The notes beneath the pieces were generated by a model that made no database searches, had not been told where the DNA came from, and was given only the letters and a program-made list of their open reading frames with translations. The translations under genes were made by a program, and so were the position numbers. From NCBI GenBank assembly GCA_964556485.1, contig CAZKVV010000004.1:57618-121617 (forward strand): a stretch of 64,000 nucleotides of DNA. Reading direction: 5' to 3'. Shown here piece by piece: positions 28,552 to 37,950 of this stretch. This DNA comes from an uncultured Pseudomonadales bacterium. GTDB taxonomy: Bacteria > Patescibacteriota > Microgenomatia > UBA1400 > PJMF01. Position 1 is the first letter of the stretch. Every line of letters begins with the position of its first letter.

Positions 28552-28559
28552 ACCTATTT

Positions 28560-31508
28560 ATGTTCCCTGCAGAGCGACAATTTTTTCGAAGGCACACAGA
28601 GCTTAGCAACTTGCCAAAGCGAAGTTCTATTGCTGTTGAAGAAAGAGTAGAAGTACCGCTCGCAGGATTGCAAGAAAAAAATATTTCAATCATCGATGGT
28701 GTTTATCGCGTTCCACTTCCATATGGAAAGATAACGTCATTGATGAATCAAACAGTAGAAACTGTTCATTGTCTGCTCACCTCTCCTGCATGGGTGAACG
28801 ATAACTCACATCCAAAATACCTCAGGCTTTGTGCATTTGCAAAAACAGTTGGTCGTGGAATTGATTTAGAACAGCGGAATGCAACAGTTGGTACAATACT
28901 TTATTGGGGATTACGTGAAAATCAAATACCCGCACTAAGTGAGCCGCTTTTGAGATTTTTGACGCAACCTCCTGAATACGTGGCTCAAGTTTTAAAAAAT
29001 AATCGACAGATTAGAACAGAACATGTCGATGCTGCATTTCTGACACTGCCTGATAGTGGGGAAATATTAGAGATTCCAGAAGGAGATAGTACAGACTCGG
29101 CTAGAAAAGCGCTCATAACGCTCGCTCTGCTTGCGGATGATCCTCAATCTGGACCCGAACAAGTATTGCGGTTCTTATATAATGCTTCAACAAGATCTTC
29201 TCAGTTTCGTCGTAGGAATAGTAGTAATACTGATGATTCATTTTTAGATTCGTTAGTATCGCAATCGGTTGCAGAGCATAATTTTTTATGGCAAGCTACA
29301 TCAAAAGCTAGTCAAATAAAAGAAAAAATGCGGGTTTTTGAAACGCATGACGCAATTGCAAGCAGCATTGGTTCATTAATAACAGTAATTGCTGAGGAAG
29401 CTTCAAACACTCATGCCCCCTCTTCCGAGATACTGGAAAGTACGCGGTTGCAAAATAAAATCCTCAATCAACAGTACTATCATATTTCTAAAAAAAAACC
29501 AAATTTAGTGACAAAACAAGAAGTACTCACAGGTGAAAAAAGTGCTTCTCCAGAAGACAAAAAAAGATTTACAAGAGAGGAATTAAGTAGGGCCTTGCAA
29601 AACTATTTAACAATTCAAAGAGCTCAAATGACTTTGGAAGGAGCGACTTCCGAACAATATTTGCATGCATTATTACAGTTTCAAAGAGGAATATTTAAGC
29701 TAGATGAAATTAATACATATAAAAGAGATGTCAAGTTGGCAATGCAGAAAGAAGTATCTGAATTGAGTCATCAGGAGGTCGCGCTTATTCTTTCAATGGA
29801 AATGGAAATACTGTCTAGACCGATTGGTACCACTCAATTGTTTCGTCAACCATTGTTAGAACAACAAGTACTGGAAGTTGCTGAAAAAATACATGAATAT
29901 GGCTTGTACTTTATTAATTCAAAATTGAGTGATGTACACAACCCAATGAACTTGCATATGTCAAATGGTCAGCTTTGCCTTACTCATACTCCAGCGCAAC
30001 TGGTGATGTTGAGTAATTTAGCAAGTCGAGCGCAAAACATGACTTCAATACTGCAAACAGCTACACCTAGAGCTCGTATTAATTTTTCAATGCCTTTAGA
30101 TTTTGGAACATCATTAATTGCTAGGAGCGTTCTGTCCATTGGATCTAGCTCTGCGGCAGGTATAGAGTTGATGAGTAATGCATCTGCAAAGCAAAAATCA
30201 ACTAAATCGAAGCTCAAATTGACGCAAGAATCTCGAATAATAAAGAAGATGGCAAAAGAAAGACCACTTACATTATTGACTGGTACAAAAAGGCAAGATG
30301 CTGCGCATCCATCAAAAAAAATCGAGAGGAAAAATAAAAAAAATATACAAACACAAGGTATCGAAAAATCAAAAAAATCTGATGTAGTTGCCGTTAAAAA
30401 AAATACGCCTACAAAACCGAAGCTTCATTTGTATTATGGACCGGCCAAAGAGGTCCATAATATCCAAATTATAAGAAAACGGCGAATAAAAAATGAAGTT
30501 GCAGCTAAAGTCGATAAAATTAAAATTCCTGCTAAAAAAATATTTAAAAAAAGTATGGTGCTCCCAAGAGCAGTTAATAAACAGAATAGAGAAACCAACA
30601 CTAATGGCTTTATTGCATTGCCTTTGGTTGATGTGGTGAATAGCATTCAACAAACAAAAAAAACGAAATCATTTTCTATAAAAAAACATACTGTTTTTAA
30701 AAGTAAAAGGAAATTGCTTGAAAATCATCAAGTTTTGGCAATAAATAGAAATGAAGGTATTCAACTTAAAAAAAGTATGGCTCAATCGATAGTAGCGATT
30801 GGAGTTGAAAAAATCAGACCTGCAGTACGCTTAGCTACAAAGGTAGTACTTAATGCATCTAGAAGAATGCAAAAAGTTTCTTTACAGCAGACAAGTAAAA
30901 AATCTGAGTTGGTTCAACTGCAAAACGACATTGAAAACACATTCACAAAAACAGTACGTGAAAAAAAGCACTTGCAAAAAATTAGACAGGTTAATGTAAG
31001 TAGGGTGATGGAAAAAAAGAATAAAAGATTATCTGATGTCGATACAATCACAACTTCTTCAGAAAATGAGTTTTATCAAAATACGGTTGTTGAAAAGAGT
31101 GAAAAAGATGAAATTGCAATGGTAGATGGCTTGGGTGTCAAAAAAAATGTTGGTGTAAAGAAGGACGCAATTGTCCATACAAAAGTTGATGTATCGTTTG
31201 CTGAAAATCTAGCTTTGGAGGACAGTTCGAGTGTTAATTCAACAATTGAGATTAATGCAAAAATAAATGCTGTCAATCAAGTTGAAGATATTTCTAGATT
31301 GTCTACAAAAAGTTATAAACACGTAAAAAAATCAGCTAAATCAGTTGCATTACTAGTTAACACTAGGGCATCAAATACTATGATTACTTTGCCAACACAT
31401 GCAATTGTTGATGTTAGTGATTCTTTTAATACAGCTCGTGAAGTAAAAATGTGGATTCAGGAGGCGATTGCATATCCAAGGCTTATAGAACGATACTATG
31501 CAACGTAA
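28560..31508 (+). CDS. Large hypothetical protein with Lys-rich low-complexity C-terminal half
   Basis: 982-aa ORF, 8 nt after the previous gene. Confidence 0.7.
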   Translation: MFPAERQFFRRHTELSNLPKRSSIAVEERVEVPLAGLQEKNISIIDGVYRVPLPYGKITSLMNQTVETVHCLLTSPAWVNDNSHPKYLRLCAFAKTVGRGIDLEQRNATVGTILYWGLRENQIPALSEPLLRFLTQPPEYVAQVLKNNRQIRTEHVDAAFLTLPDSGEILEIPEGDSTDSARKALITLALLADDPQSGPEQVLRFLYNASTRSSQFRRRNSSNTDDSFLDSLVSQSVAEHNFLWQATSKASQIKEKMRVFETHDAIASSIGSLITVIAEEASNTHAPSSEILESTRLQNKILNQQYYHISKKKPNLVTKQEVLTGEKSASPEDKKRFTREELSRALQNYLTIQRAQMTLEGATSEQYLHALLQFQRGIFKLDEINTYKRDVKLAMQKEVSELSHQEVALILSMEMEILSRPIGTTQLFRQPLLEQQVLEVAEKIHEYGLYFINSKLSDVHNPMNLHMSNGQLCLTHTPAQLVMLSNLASRAQNMTSILQTATPRARINFSMPLDFGTSLIARSVLSIGSSSAAGIELMSNASAKQKSTKSKLKLTQESRIIKKMAKERPLTLLTGTKRQDAAHPSKKIERKNKKNIQTQGIEKSKKSDVVAVKKNTPTKPKLHLYYGPAKEVHNIQIIRKRRIKNEVAAKVDKIKIPAKKIFKKSMVLPRAVNKQNRETNTNGFIALPLVDVVNSIQQTKKTKSFSIKKHTVFKSKRKLLENHQVLAINRNEGIQLKKSMAQSIVAIGVEKIRPAVRLATKVVLNASRRMQKVSLQQTSKKSELVQLQNDIENTFTKTVREKKHLQKIRQVNVSRVMEKKNKRLSDVDTITTSSENEFYQNTVVEKSEKDEIAMVDGLGVKKNVGVKKDAIVHTKVDVSFAENLALEDSSSVNSTIEINAKINAVNQVEDISRLSTKSYKHVKKSAKSVALLVNTRASNTMITLPTHAIVDVSDSFNTAREVKMWIQEAIAYPRLIERYYAT

Positions 31509-31806
31509 AAAACTTCGAGTTATTGTCAGGCCATGGCAACCGAGAAATGTGCCTTATGCGATAAATCAATCACTTCTTAAGATGTTCATTCAGACTCATG
31601 TATCGTTTTTTGATGAAGTTATTTATTTAGGATGGGTTAGAAGATTGGAAAAGAGTAAGAGAGTGGTGAAGTTTATGGTTGCAACCGGGCCAACTAGATT
31701 GATTGCAAAAAAAAGATTTAAGGAAGATAGTCCTAAAGTAGGTGAATTATGGGAAATATATCCTAGTATACAATCACCCCTCCAGGGCTCACTTGATCCT
31801 GAATGA
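31498..31806 (+). CDS. Small basic hypothetical protein
   Basis: 102-aa ORF overlapping the previous stop. Confidence 0.55.
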   Translation: MQRKKLRVIVRPWQPRNVPYAINQSLLKMFIQTHVSFFDEVIYLGWVRRLEKSKRVVKFMVATGPTRLIAKKRFKEDSPKVGELWEIYPSIQSPLQGSLDPE

Positions 31807-33718
31807 TCATTTCCACAATTGGATTTTCTAGTTTTTCTTGAATAACTCGTTGCAAGCCTCGAGCTCCATACTTTGGATCATAAGCAGACTCTGCTAAAAA
31901 TTGTATTGTTTCAGGTTTCACTTCAAGTGTTATGCCGCGGGCATAAAGTTCGATTGCAAGCTTGCGAATTTGTAATTCTGCTATTCCAATTAGTGACTCT
32001 ACATCTAGGGCTTTAAATACTACGACATCATCAAAACGATTTAAGAACTCTATTCTGAAATAATCTTGCATTATTTCTTTGATTTCTTTTTCAATTTCAT
32101 ACTGTTGCTTTCCTTCTTCTATCAAGTCTAATATATCTTCTATACCTGCATTTGATGTAGCAATGATCATGGTATTGCGAAAATCTACCAACTTTCCTCT
32201 TCCATCCGTGAGCCTGCCGTCATCTAGAATTTGCAAAAAAACATCGAATACTTTTGGGTGTGCTTTTTCGATTTCATCAAGTAAAACTAGCGAGTAGGGT
32301 TTATTTTTTACAGGATTAGTAAGTTGTCCACCCTCTTCAAACCCTACATATCCTGGAGGTGCGCCAATGAGTCTTTGCACAGTATGTGGTTCAGAATATT
32401 CAGACATATCAATTCTAATCATATTTTCTTCATCACCAAAAATCTCATGTGCTAATACTTTTGCAAGTTCGGTTTTTCCAACTCCAGATGGACCTACTAA
32501 TAGAAATGAACCGATAGGCTTGTTCATTTTATTCAAACCTAAACGAGAGCGCTGAATGCTCCTTGCGATTTTGGTGATAGCATGGTTTTGTCCTTTTACT
32601 CTTTGTGAAATACGTTCGTCTAATTGCGAGAGGTCTTTTTTATCATAATCGGTTAAAGATGCGATTGGTATGTTTGCTTTTTGAGATACGACGACGCGCA
32701 CTAATTCAGGAGTAACTTCTGTTTCATTTTGATTTTTTGTAAAATGAGCAACTTCTTCCATGAGACTAATTCCTTTAGCAGGAAATGAAAGTTCGCTGAT
32801 GTGTTGTCTTGTTAACTTAATTATTTCTTCAAGTGAGTTGTCTGCGTACACAACTTGCGTTTGATTTGCAATGCGTTCTTGATGTACTGACAAAATTGCT
32901 CTAAGTTCGTTTTGGTCTGGCTCACTTAGTATTGAGACGTCAAATTTGGATATCATTCCCGGTTGTTCTGCTGCAAATTTTCGATAAGATGTTTCACTTG
33001 AGGTGGCAATGACTTGCGTTTTGTCAATTAAAAAACTAATTTGAGCAGTAGAAAATGAGAACAGTTCATCAAGGAAAAATAAACTCTTTCCCTCAGAAGA
33101 AGAAAGAATATTGAGCACTTGATCTTCAAGAGTGTCAGACCCTGGGAACAGTTGAAAGGTTTGTCGTGAGCCCGCAAGCCGCATCACAGTTTTAGCAAGT
33201 GCTGTTTTTCCAACACCAGCAGGCCCAATAATGAGTACGTTGTTTCTTTCACTCAAGTGCAGTACACGAAGAGCGTTGTTAATTTCTTGTTTTCTACCAA
33301 TAAAATCTACATCACTAGCGAAATCATGTAGTTTGTGCAAATTCTTCCTAAGTAATTCTTTAAGGACATTTGAATAATGTGAATCGAGTTTTTCTTGCTC
33401 TAATATTTTAAGGGCGGCTAAGAATACAACATGCTCGTCTGTATCAGGGCAAGATAATACTCTTCGTTGGATAGCGCATTCGTGTAAAAAGTCTTGATGA
33501 TATTTTTTTTCTTTTGTTAATCCAAATTGAAAGTGATTTTTTGGTTGATTTTGTTCGGAAATGATTCTTTCTAACTTTTCGGAAAGAGAATCAGTGGAAA
33601 AAAGAGATTGTAGAGTTGGGCTTGCGCTCAATGATTCCTGTGCAAAATGAGCAGCGAACTGCGCTTTTGATTGCCCAATCTCAAGTGTGGTATCTGAAAG
33701 TGAGTGAAAATAGTCCAT
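31763..33718 (-). CDS. ClpA/ClpB-family double AAA+ ATPase (atypical)
   Basis: GPAGVGKT; GPSGVGKTELAK, RIDMSEY, GAPPGYVG, LDEIEKAHP, DDGRLTD, YGARGL. Confidence 0.92.
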   Translation of the reverse strand: MDYFHSLSDTTLEIGQSKAQFAAHFAQESLSASPTLQSLFSTDSLSEKLERIISEQNQPKNHFQFGLTKEKKYHQDFLHECAIQRRVLSCPDTDEHVVFLAALKILEQEKLDSHYSNVLKELLRKNLHKLHDFASDVDFIGRKQEINNALRVLHLSERNNVLIIGPAGVGKTALAKTVMRLAGSRQTFQLFPGSDTLEDQVLNILSSSEGKSLFFLDELFSFSTAQISFLIDKTQVIATSSETSYRKFAAEQPGMISKFDVSILSEPDQNELRAILSVHQERIANQTQVVYADNSLEEIIKLTRQHISELSFPAKGISLMEEVAHFTKNQNETEVTPELVRVVVSQKANIPIASLTDYDKKDLSQLDERISQRVKGQNHAITKIARSIQRSRLGLNKMNKPIGSFLLVGPSGVGKTELAKVLAHEIFGDEENMIRIDMSEYSEPHTVQRLIGAPPGYVGFEEGGQLTNPVKNKPYSLVLLDEIEKAHPKVFDVFLQILDDGRLTDGRGKLVDFRNTMIIATSNAGIEDILDLIEEGKQQYEIEKEIKEIMQDYFRIEFLNRFDDVVVFKALDVESLIGIAELQIRKLAIELYARGITLEVKPETIQFLAESAYDPKYGARGLQRVIQEKLENPIVEMIIQDQVSPGGVIVY

Positions 33719-33734
33719 AGTAAGTGAATAAATT

Positions 33735-33763
33735 ATTATACGCAACTTAGTTGCATTTCACAA
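33735..33763 (-). promoter_or_regulatory. Promoter of the Clp ATPase with GCAAC-N3-GTTGC operator in the spacer
   Basis: TTGTGA-N17-TATAAT; GCAACTAAGTTGC (33742-33754) identical to the znu site. Confidence 0.75.
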
Positions 33764-33789
33764 GTGACAGTATTGCAGTTTGGGAGAAG

Positions 33790-34107
33790 TTACCTAAAAA
33801 TAATAAAATTCTCTAATAGAGAAGCAATTAGGATTGAAGTGAGTAGAAAAGTGGTTGCTTGAACGATTGAGACAACTTTAGGGTAAAGCTCTTTTTCCGG
33901 CAGAATAAGCAGATGAGTTATTTTGGCTACATTTTGAAATAACAGAAAAGTAGTTATTCCAATTAGAACGCTAAGTGCTATTACGAACTCAATTTTTGTC
34001 GAAAATCCCCTCATAGAAATGAGATGTCCCGCAAGTGTGACTAATCTGAAAAACAAGTAAATGTGTAAGCCTGAAAAGCTAAAAAAATAAAGATCCCTAG
34101 TTTTCAT
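33790..34107 (-). CDS. Small three-TM membrane protein
   Basis: Hydrophobic 105-aa ORF; ATGA overlap with upstream peptide. Confidence 0.65.
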   Translation of the reverse strand: MKTRDLYFFSFSGLHIYLFFRLVTLAGHLISMRGFSTKIEFVIALSVLIGITTFLLFQNVAKITHLLILPEKELYPKVVSIVQATTFLLTSILIASLLENFIIFR

Positions 34108-34271
34108 AGCTTCTGTTTTTTCTTAATTTTAGTTTGTATCCAAACGGATGTACTCCCAACACTAGCAATAATTGAAAAAGAAATTAATTGAATGAATTGG
34201 GGAATATTTTGAATACATACCCCACCCGAATTACAAATTGGGATACGAATGGCTGAGCAAACTGCACACAT
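34104..34271 (-). CDS. 55-aa MCxxC membrane peptide (absent from ORF track)
   Basis: MCAVCSAIRIPICNSGGVCIQNIPQFIQLISFSIIASVGSTSVWIQTKIKKKQKL; TACAAT 7 nt before ATG; TGA overlaps next ATG. Confidence 0.65.
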   Translation of the reverse strand: MCAVCSAIRIPICNSGGVCIQNIPQFIQLISFSIIASVGSTSVWIQTKIKKKQKL

Positions 34272-34293
34272 AGGTAGTATTGTACTACTTATT

Positions 34294-35391
34294 TTATCCA
34301 GATAAAACTTTCTTTAAATAAGATGTGTATTGTTTTTTTACAATTAAAGATATTTGTTGTTGTTGAATATGGGTGATATGCGTACCAAGTGGCAGATAGA
34401 TAATTTTTTGATTATCACTCCACTTTGATTCATTTAACTCTAAACGCAGTAACAGTCCAGAGGATCTAATGTCTGATACAATTTTTTCAGCTCTATGCTT
34501 TGGAAGTAGAAGTGGCCAGCCTCGGAGTTCGCCGCGGTCACTTGAGGGATAGAGTGGTTGAACCAATGGAAAGGCTTTTTCATAGTACAGAACTTGTGCA
34601 GTTTTGACTTTTTTGATTGCCTCAAAGTTTGTTTTCATATATGCAGCAAAAAAAGGCTTCCAGCCTGCAGCAGGTTTTTTTGCATCGCCAATGAGATGGT
34701 ACCCCTGCAACATTGACCATTCAGCAGATCTTGCAAAACAAATTGACAGCTTTGGAGTTGAAGAGAAAAAATGCGACAGTTTCCACAGTATGAGCATTAT
34801 CAGCCACAAGGCTGTTGCTTCAATAGCGTAGGGAAGCGATTGCCAGATACTGGGAGCTTTCCAAATCAGACTTTGCTTTGATCCATACAACACACTGCCT
34901 TGCAGCGGCACTACTTTACGTAAACTCGAGAGTAAAAAATGGTTAGTGTGGAGAAATCGCACTTGGCGGGGTTCAACAATTCGATGCACGCAGTCTTCTA
35001 TCAGTATTGTTTCCGGTGAGAAATCTGGTAACCAGGATGTGCTTTGTTCAAATAGAGAGTTCGTTATACCAACCGCATGTAAAATAACCACAACTTGGGG
35101 TTGATACTTTGTAAGAGCAGATTTAAAAACTTTTACTGGGGTTTGTAGGTCAGCAGATACCGAGTACCAAGCAATATTGTATCCATGATCTTTGATATTT
35201 CCTTCAACATCACCACAAAAAAAAGTTGGCACCAGTACGGTGCTACCAAAAGGAACTTTTTTCTTTTCAAGAATGTCCCACAATGCATCTTCCCAGGAGA
35301 GGTAAAAAAGTGAGGTAGCGTTGTTTGGAAATGGTTGCGGTGCACTTTTATTTGAGACTTTGGGTAGAAAAATGGGTTGAACAGATAACAT
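34294..35391 (-). CDS. Divergent DegT/DnrJ/EryC1/StrS-like PLP-fold protein
   Basis: VLVPTFFC, IEDCVH, SSLRK, YLPL motifs. Confidence 0.65.
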   Translation of the reverse strand: MLSVQPIFLPKVSNKSAPQPFPNNATSLFYLSWEDALWDILEKKKVPFGSTVLVPTFFCGDVEGNIKDHGYNIAWYSVSADLQTPVKVFKSALTKYQPQVVVILHAVGITNSLFEQSTSWLPDFSPETILIEDCVHRIVEPRQVRFLHTNHFLLSSLRKVVPLQGSVLYGSKQSLIWKAPSIWQSLPYAIEATALWLIMLILWKLSHFFSSTPKLSICFARSAEWSMLQGYHLIGDAKKPAAGWKPFFAAYMKTNFEAIKKVKTAQVLYYEKAFPLVQPLYPSSDRGELRGWPLLLPKHRAEKIVSDIRSSGLLLRLELNESKWSDNQKIIYLPLGTHITHIQQQQISLIVKKQYTSYLKKVLSG

Positions 35392-35438
35392 AGTTTTTTG
35401 ATCTCGAACTGCTATTGTACCAAAGACTTGACAACAAT

Positions 35439-35465
35439 TTGGCAGTCGTTGTATTATTCTGCCAA
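35439..35465 (+). promoter_or_regulatory. CIRCE-like inverted repeat overlapping the hsp20 promoter
   Basis: TTGGCAGTC-N9-TTCTGCCAA after TTGACA (35428-35433), upstream of heat-shock genes. Confidence 0.6.
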
Positions 35466-35526
35466 TTGTGCATTTTAGTACTAAGCACAACAGTAAAAAG
35501 TACCTATATAGAAAGGAATAAGTGGT

Positions 35527-35946
35527 ATGTCAAATATTGTTCCACTTCGATCGATGCTTAATACATTTGGACGTTTGCCAAACTTTTGGGATGACGAAGA
35601 TCTCTCGCTTTTTTCAGGTCCTGTAGGTCGAGATGTCGATGTGTTTGAAACTGAAAATCAAGTGACGGTTAAAGCTAATGTTGCAGGTGTAGACACAAAA
35701 GATATTGATGTGACTTTTGAAAAGGGTGTGCTGTGGATTCAAGCCAAATCAGAAGTTCAAGAAGAAGATAAGAAGAACAAGTATTACGCTAAATCCTCTT
35801 GGAACTACTCATACAAGGTTGCAGTTCCCGGTTTCATCGATCATAGTAAAGAACCAGAAGTGTCGCTGACCAATGGAGTCTTAACTGCAACGTTTAGCAA
35901 GTCGGAGGCTTCAAAACCCAAAAAACTTACGGTAAAACAAAAGTAG
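35527..35946 (+). CDS. Hsp20/alpha-crystallin small heat shock protein
   Basis: VDVFET, VAGV..KDIDV, NGVLT motifs. Confidence 0.92.
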   Translation: MSNIVPLRSMLNTFGRLPNFWDDEDLSLFSGPVGRDVDVFETENQVTVKANVAGVDTKDIDVTFEKGVLWIQAKSEVQEEDKKNKYYAKSSWNYSYKVAVPGFIDHSKEPEVSLTNGVLTATFSKSEASKPKKLTVKQK

Positions 35947-35972
35947 AATCATAACAAAAAAGGAGCTGAGGT

Positions 35973-37166
35973 ATGTCATCACCTTTTTCTAGAGGTCTAT
36001 TCTTAGGTTTAGGTATTACAGCTATTGTGCTGGGCAGCTTTTTTGCCGGCGCTTGGGCAGATAGAGTATTTGTGGTCACACCTGTTGATTATTTTGCTGC
36101 TAGATCTCAAAAAATGGGTGATGACACTCAATCCCCTTTACTTGGTCAACCTGCATCAGAGCAATCGGTGGTGGGAATTGCCGAGTCTGCTTCAAAATCA
36201 GTAGTAACTGTGGCTGTTAAACGAAAATTACCGGTATATTCGTCTGGCAACTCGCTTTTTGGGTTACAACAATTCTTTGGTTTTCAAGTTCCACAGCAAG
36301 TGCCTGATTCATTTAAAGAATCCCAAGAAGATATTGGAACTGGTTTTGTGGTGGATTCAGCAGGACTAGTGATTACCAATAAACATGTAGTTGGAGCAGT
36401 GGGTGAAACGTACTTAGTTATTGATAATGATAATAAAGAGTATGAAGTAACCAAAATATATCGCGATCCCATTAACGATTTGGCTATTTTGCAGATAGAA
36501 GCGCAACTGCCTCCACTTGGATTAGGAGATTCAGATACGCTCAAAGTTGGAGAAGGTGTCGTAGCAATTGGGACTGCGTTGGGAGAGTTTAGACACACGG
36601 TTACAACTGGAGTGGTATCAGGACTTGGTCGTGGTATTACTGCTGGTGATGGGTATGGTTTTGAAACGGAGTCGCTTGAAAATGTGATCCAAACAGATGC
36701 TGCAATTAACCCGGGAAATTCTGGTGGTCCGTTGATTAATTTTAAAGGTGAAGTAATTGGAGTGAATGTGGCAGTTTCTCAAGGGGCAGAAAATATTGGA
36801 TTTGCACTGCCCATTAATACAATACGAGCATCGCTCGAAAATTTTGCACAGACTGGTAGTTTTGAAAGAGCATTCCTTGGTGTGAAATATCAAGTTATTA
36901 CTAAGGAGTCAGCGTTGCTTAATGAGGTTCCCCATGGTGCATACGTTGTTGAAATTTCGGAGGATTCTCCAGCTGCAAAGGCAGGAATACAACAAGGGGA
37001 TATTATTACTGCTTTTGAAGGTGTAAAGCTTGAGGGTGACAATGATCTTATAGAGCAAATCGGTAAAAAACGAGTCGGGGATACTGTAACGATTGAAGTG
37101 TATAAGATTGCATTAAAAGAGAAAAAAACACTGCAAGTGTTATTGGAAGAGTCAAAAGGGAATTAA
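35973..37166 (+). CDS. htrA: HtrA/DegP serine protease with one PDZ domain
   Basis: TNKHVV, DLAIL, QTDAAINPGNSGGPL, PDZ SPAAKAGI. Confidence 0.95.
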   Translation: MSSPFSRGLFLGLGITAIVLGSFFAGAWADRVFVVTPVDYFAARSQKMGDDTQSPLLGQPASEQSVVGIAESASKSVVTVAVKRKLPVYSSGNSLFGLQQFFGFQVPQQVPDSFKESQEDIGTGFVVDSAGLVITNKHVVGAVGETYLVIDNDNKEYEVTKIYRDPINDLAILQIEAQLPPLGLGDSDTLKVGEGVVAIGTALGEFRHTVTTGVVSGLGRGITAGDGYGFETESLENVIQTDAAINPGNSGGPLINFKGEVIGVNVAVSQGAENIGFALPINTIRASLENFAQTGSFERAFLGVKYQVITKESALLNEVPHGAYVVEISEDSPAAKAGIQQGDIITAFEGVKLEGDNDLIEQIGKKRVGDTVTIEVYKIALKEKKTLQVLLEESKGN

Positions 37167-37172
37167 ACAGAA

Positions 37173-37196
37173 AAGCGCGCTCTTTCGAGCGCGCTT
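37173..37196. terminator. Hairpin terminator between convergent genes
   Basis: AAGCGCGCTC-TTTC-GAGCGCGCTT. Confidence 0.8.
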
Positions 37197-37223
37197 CCAA
37201 TACAAACATATTATTTTTTTAAT

Positions 37224-37688
37224 TTACTTGCCAGTGACAACCAACTCCGGGTTTGGCCCGGTTACGGTTACCCATAACCTTCCAAATCGTTGATTGATGC
37301 CAGGACCTGAAGTCGAGGCATACCAAGTTCGTAATGTACAGTCGCTATTGCAAGCGACGTCAATTTCAAACATGGTTTCAACAACCTGGAATTGAGCGCC
37401 GTCCGCGCGAATGAGATCTGAACACTTGTAGACATCAACCGGTGTAGGATAACCGCCTCCTGATGTCGTCATAGAAATTGAATCTGTCGGAGATGTCCCC
37501 GCTTCACTGCACAGGAGCTCAAAAGCACCTAGATTTTGAGCTTCTTCGATCTCGTATCCGCTGAGATAATCAGAGGAACCAGCGGAATAAATATTGGCAT
37601 ACACATCCCCATTATCGGGGACTACTGTTGCTGTAACAGGCTGGGTCATCCCCATCAAAAACATAATTATAGCGATTAAAAGATCCAT
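37224..37688 (-). CDS. Secreted hypothetical protein (154 aa, 4 Cys)
   Basis: Hydrophobic N-terminus; consensus promoter and long leader upstream. Confidence 0.7.
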   Translation of the reverse strand: MDLLIAIIMFLMGMTQPVTATVVPDNGDVYANIYSAGSSDYLSGYEIEEAQNLGAFELLCSEAGTSPTDSISMTTSGGGYPTPVDVYKCSDLIRADGAQFQVVETMFEIDVACNSDCTLRTWYASTSGPGINQRFGRLWVTVTGPNPELVVTGK

Positions 37689-37719
37689 TCATTCACCCCT
37701 TTTTTATTTGAAAGTTAAT

Positions 37720-37773
37720 AAAGTAAGTCCAACATAAAAATCTTATTAATGACCTTTATGTCAGACTCACTCC
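37720..37773 (-). ncRNA. Long 5' leader hairpin (about 23 bp with G-U pairs)
   Basis: GGAGUGAGUCUGACAUAAAGGUC pairs with GAUUUUUAUGUUGGACUUACUUU only on the minus-strand transcript. Confidence 0.55.
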
Positions 37774-37877
37774 TTTTGGCAAGTTGTTAATGTATGTCTA
37801 GTTTTTTGTAAGTAATGATAAGCGCAATGCTTTATTACTGTGTTGTAGCCAAGCTAGAGAAAGTCTACAACCTATAT

Positions 37878-37906
37878 ATTATAGGCTATTTATAGTCTTT
37901 TGTCAA
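37878..37906 (-). promoter_or_regulatory. Perfect-consensus sigma70 promoter
   Basis: TTGACA-N17-TATAAT. Confidence 0.85.
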
Positions 37907-37950
37907 GATTTGGCGTGCCATTTTTTATTTCGTTACCGTACAATGAAAGT

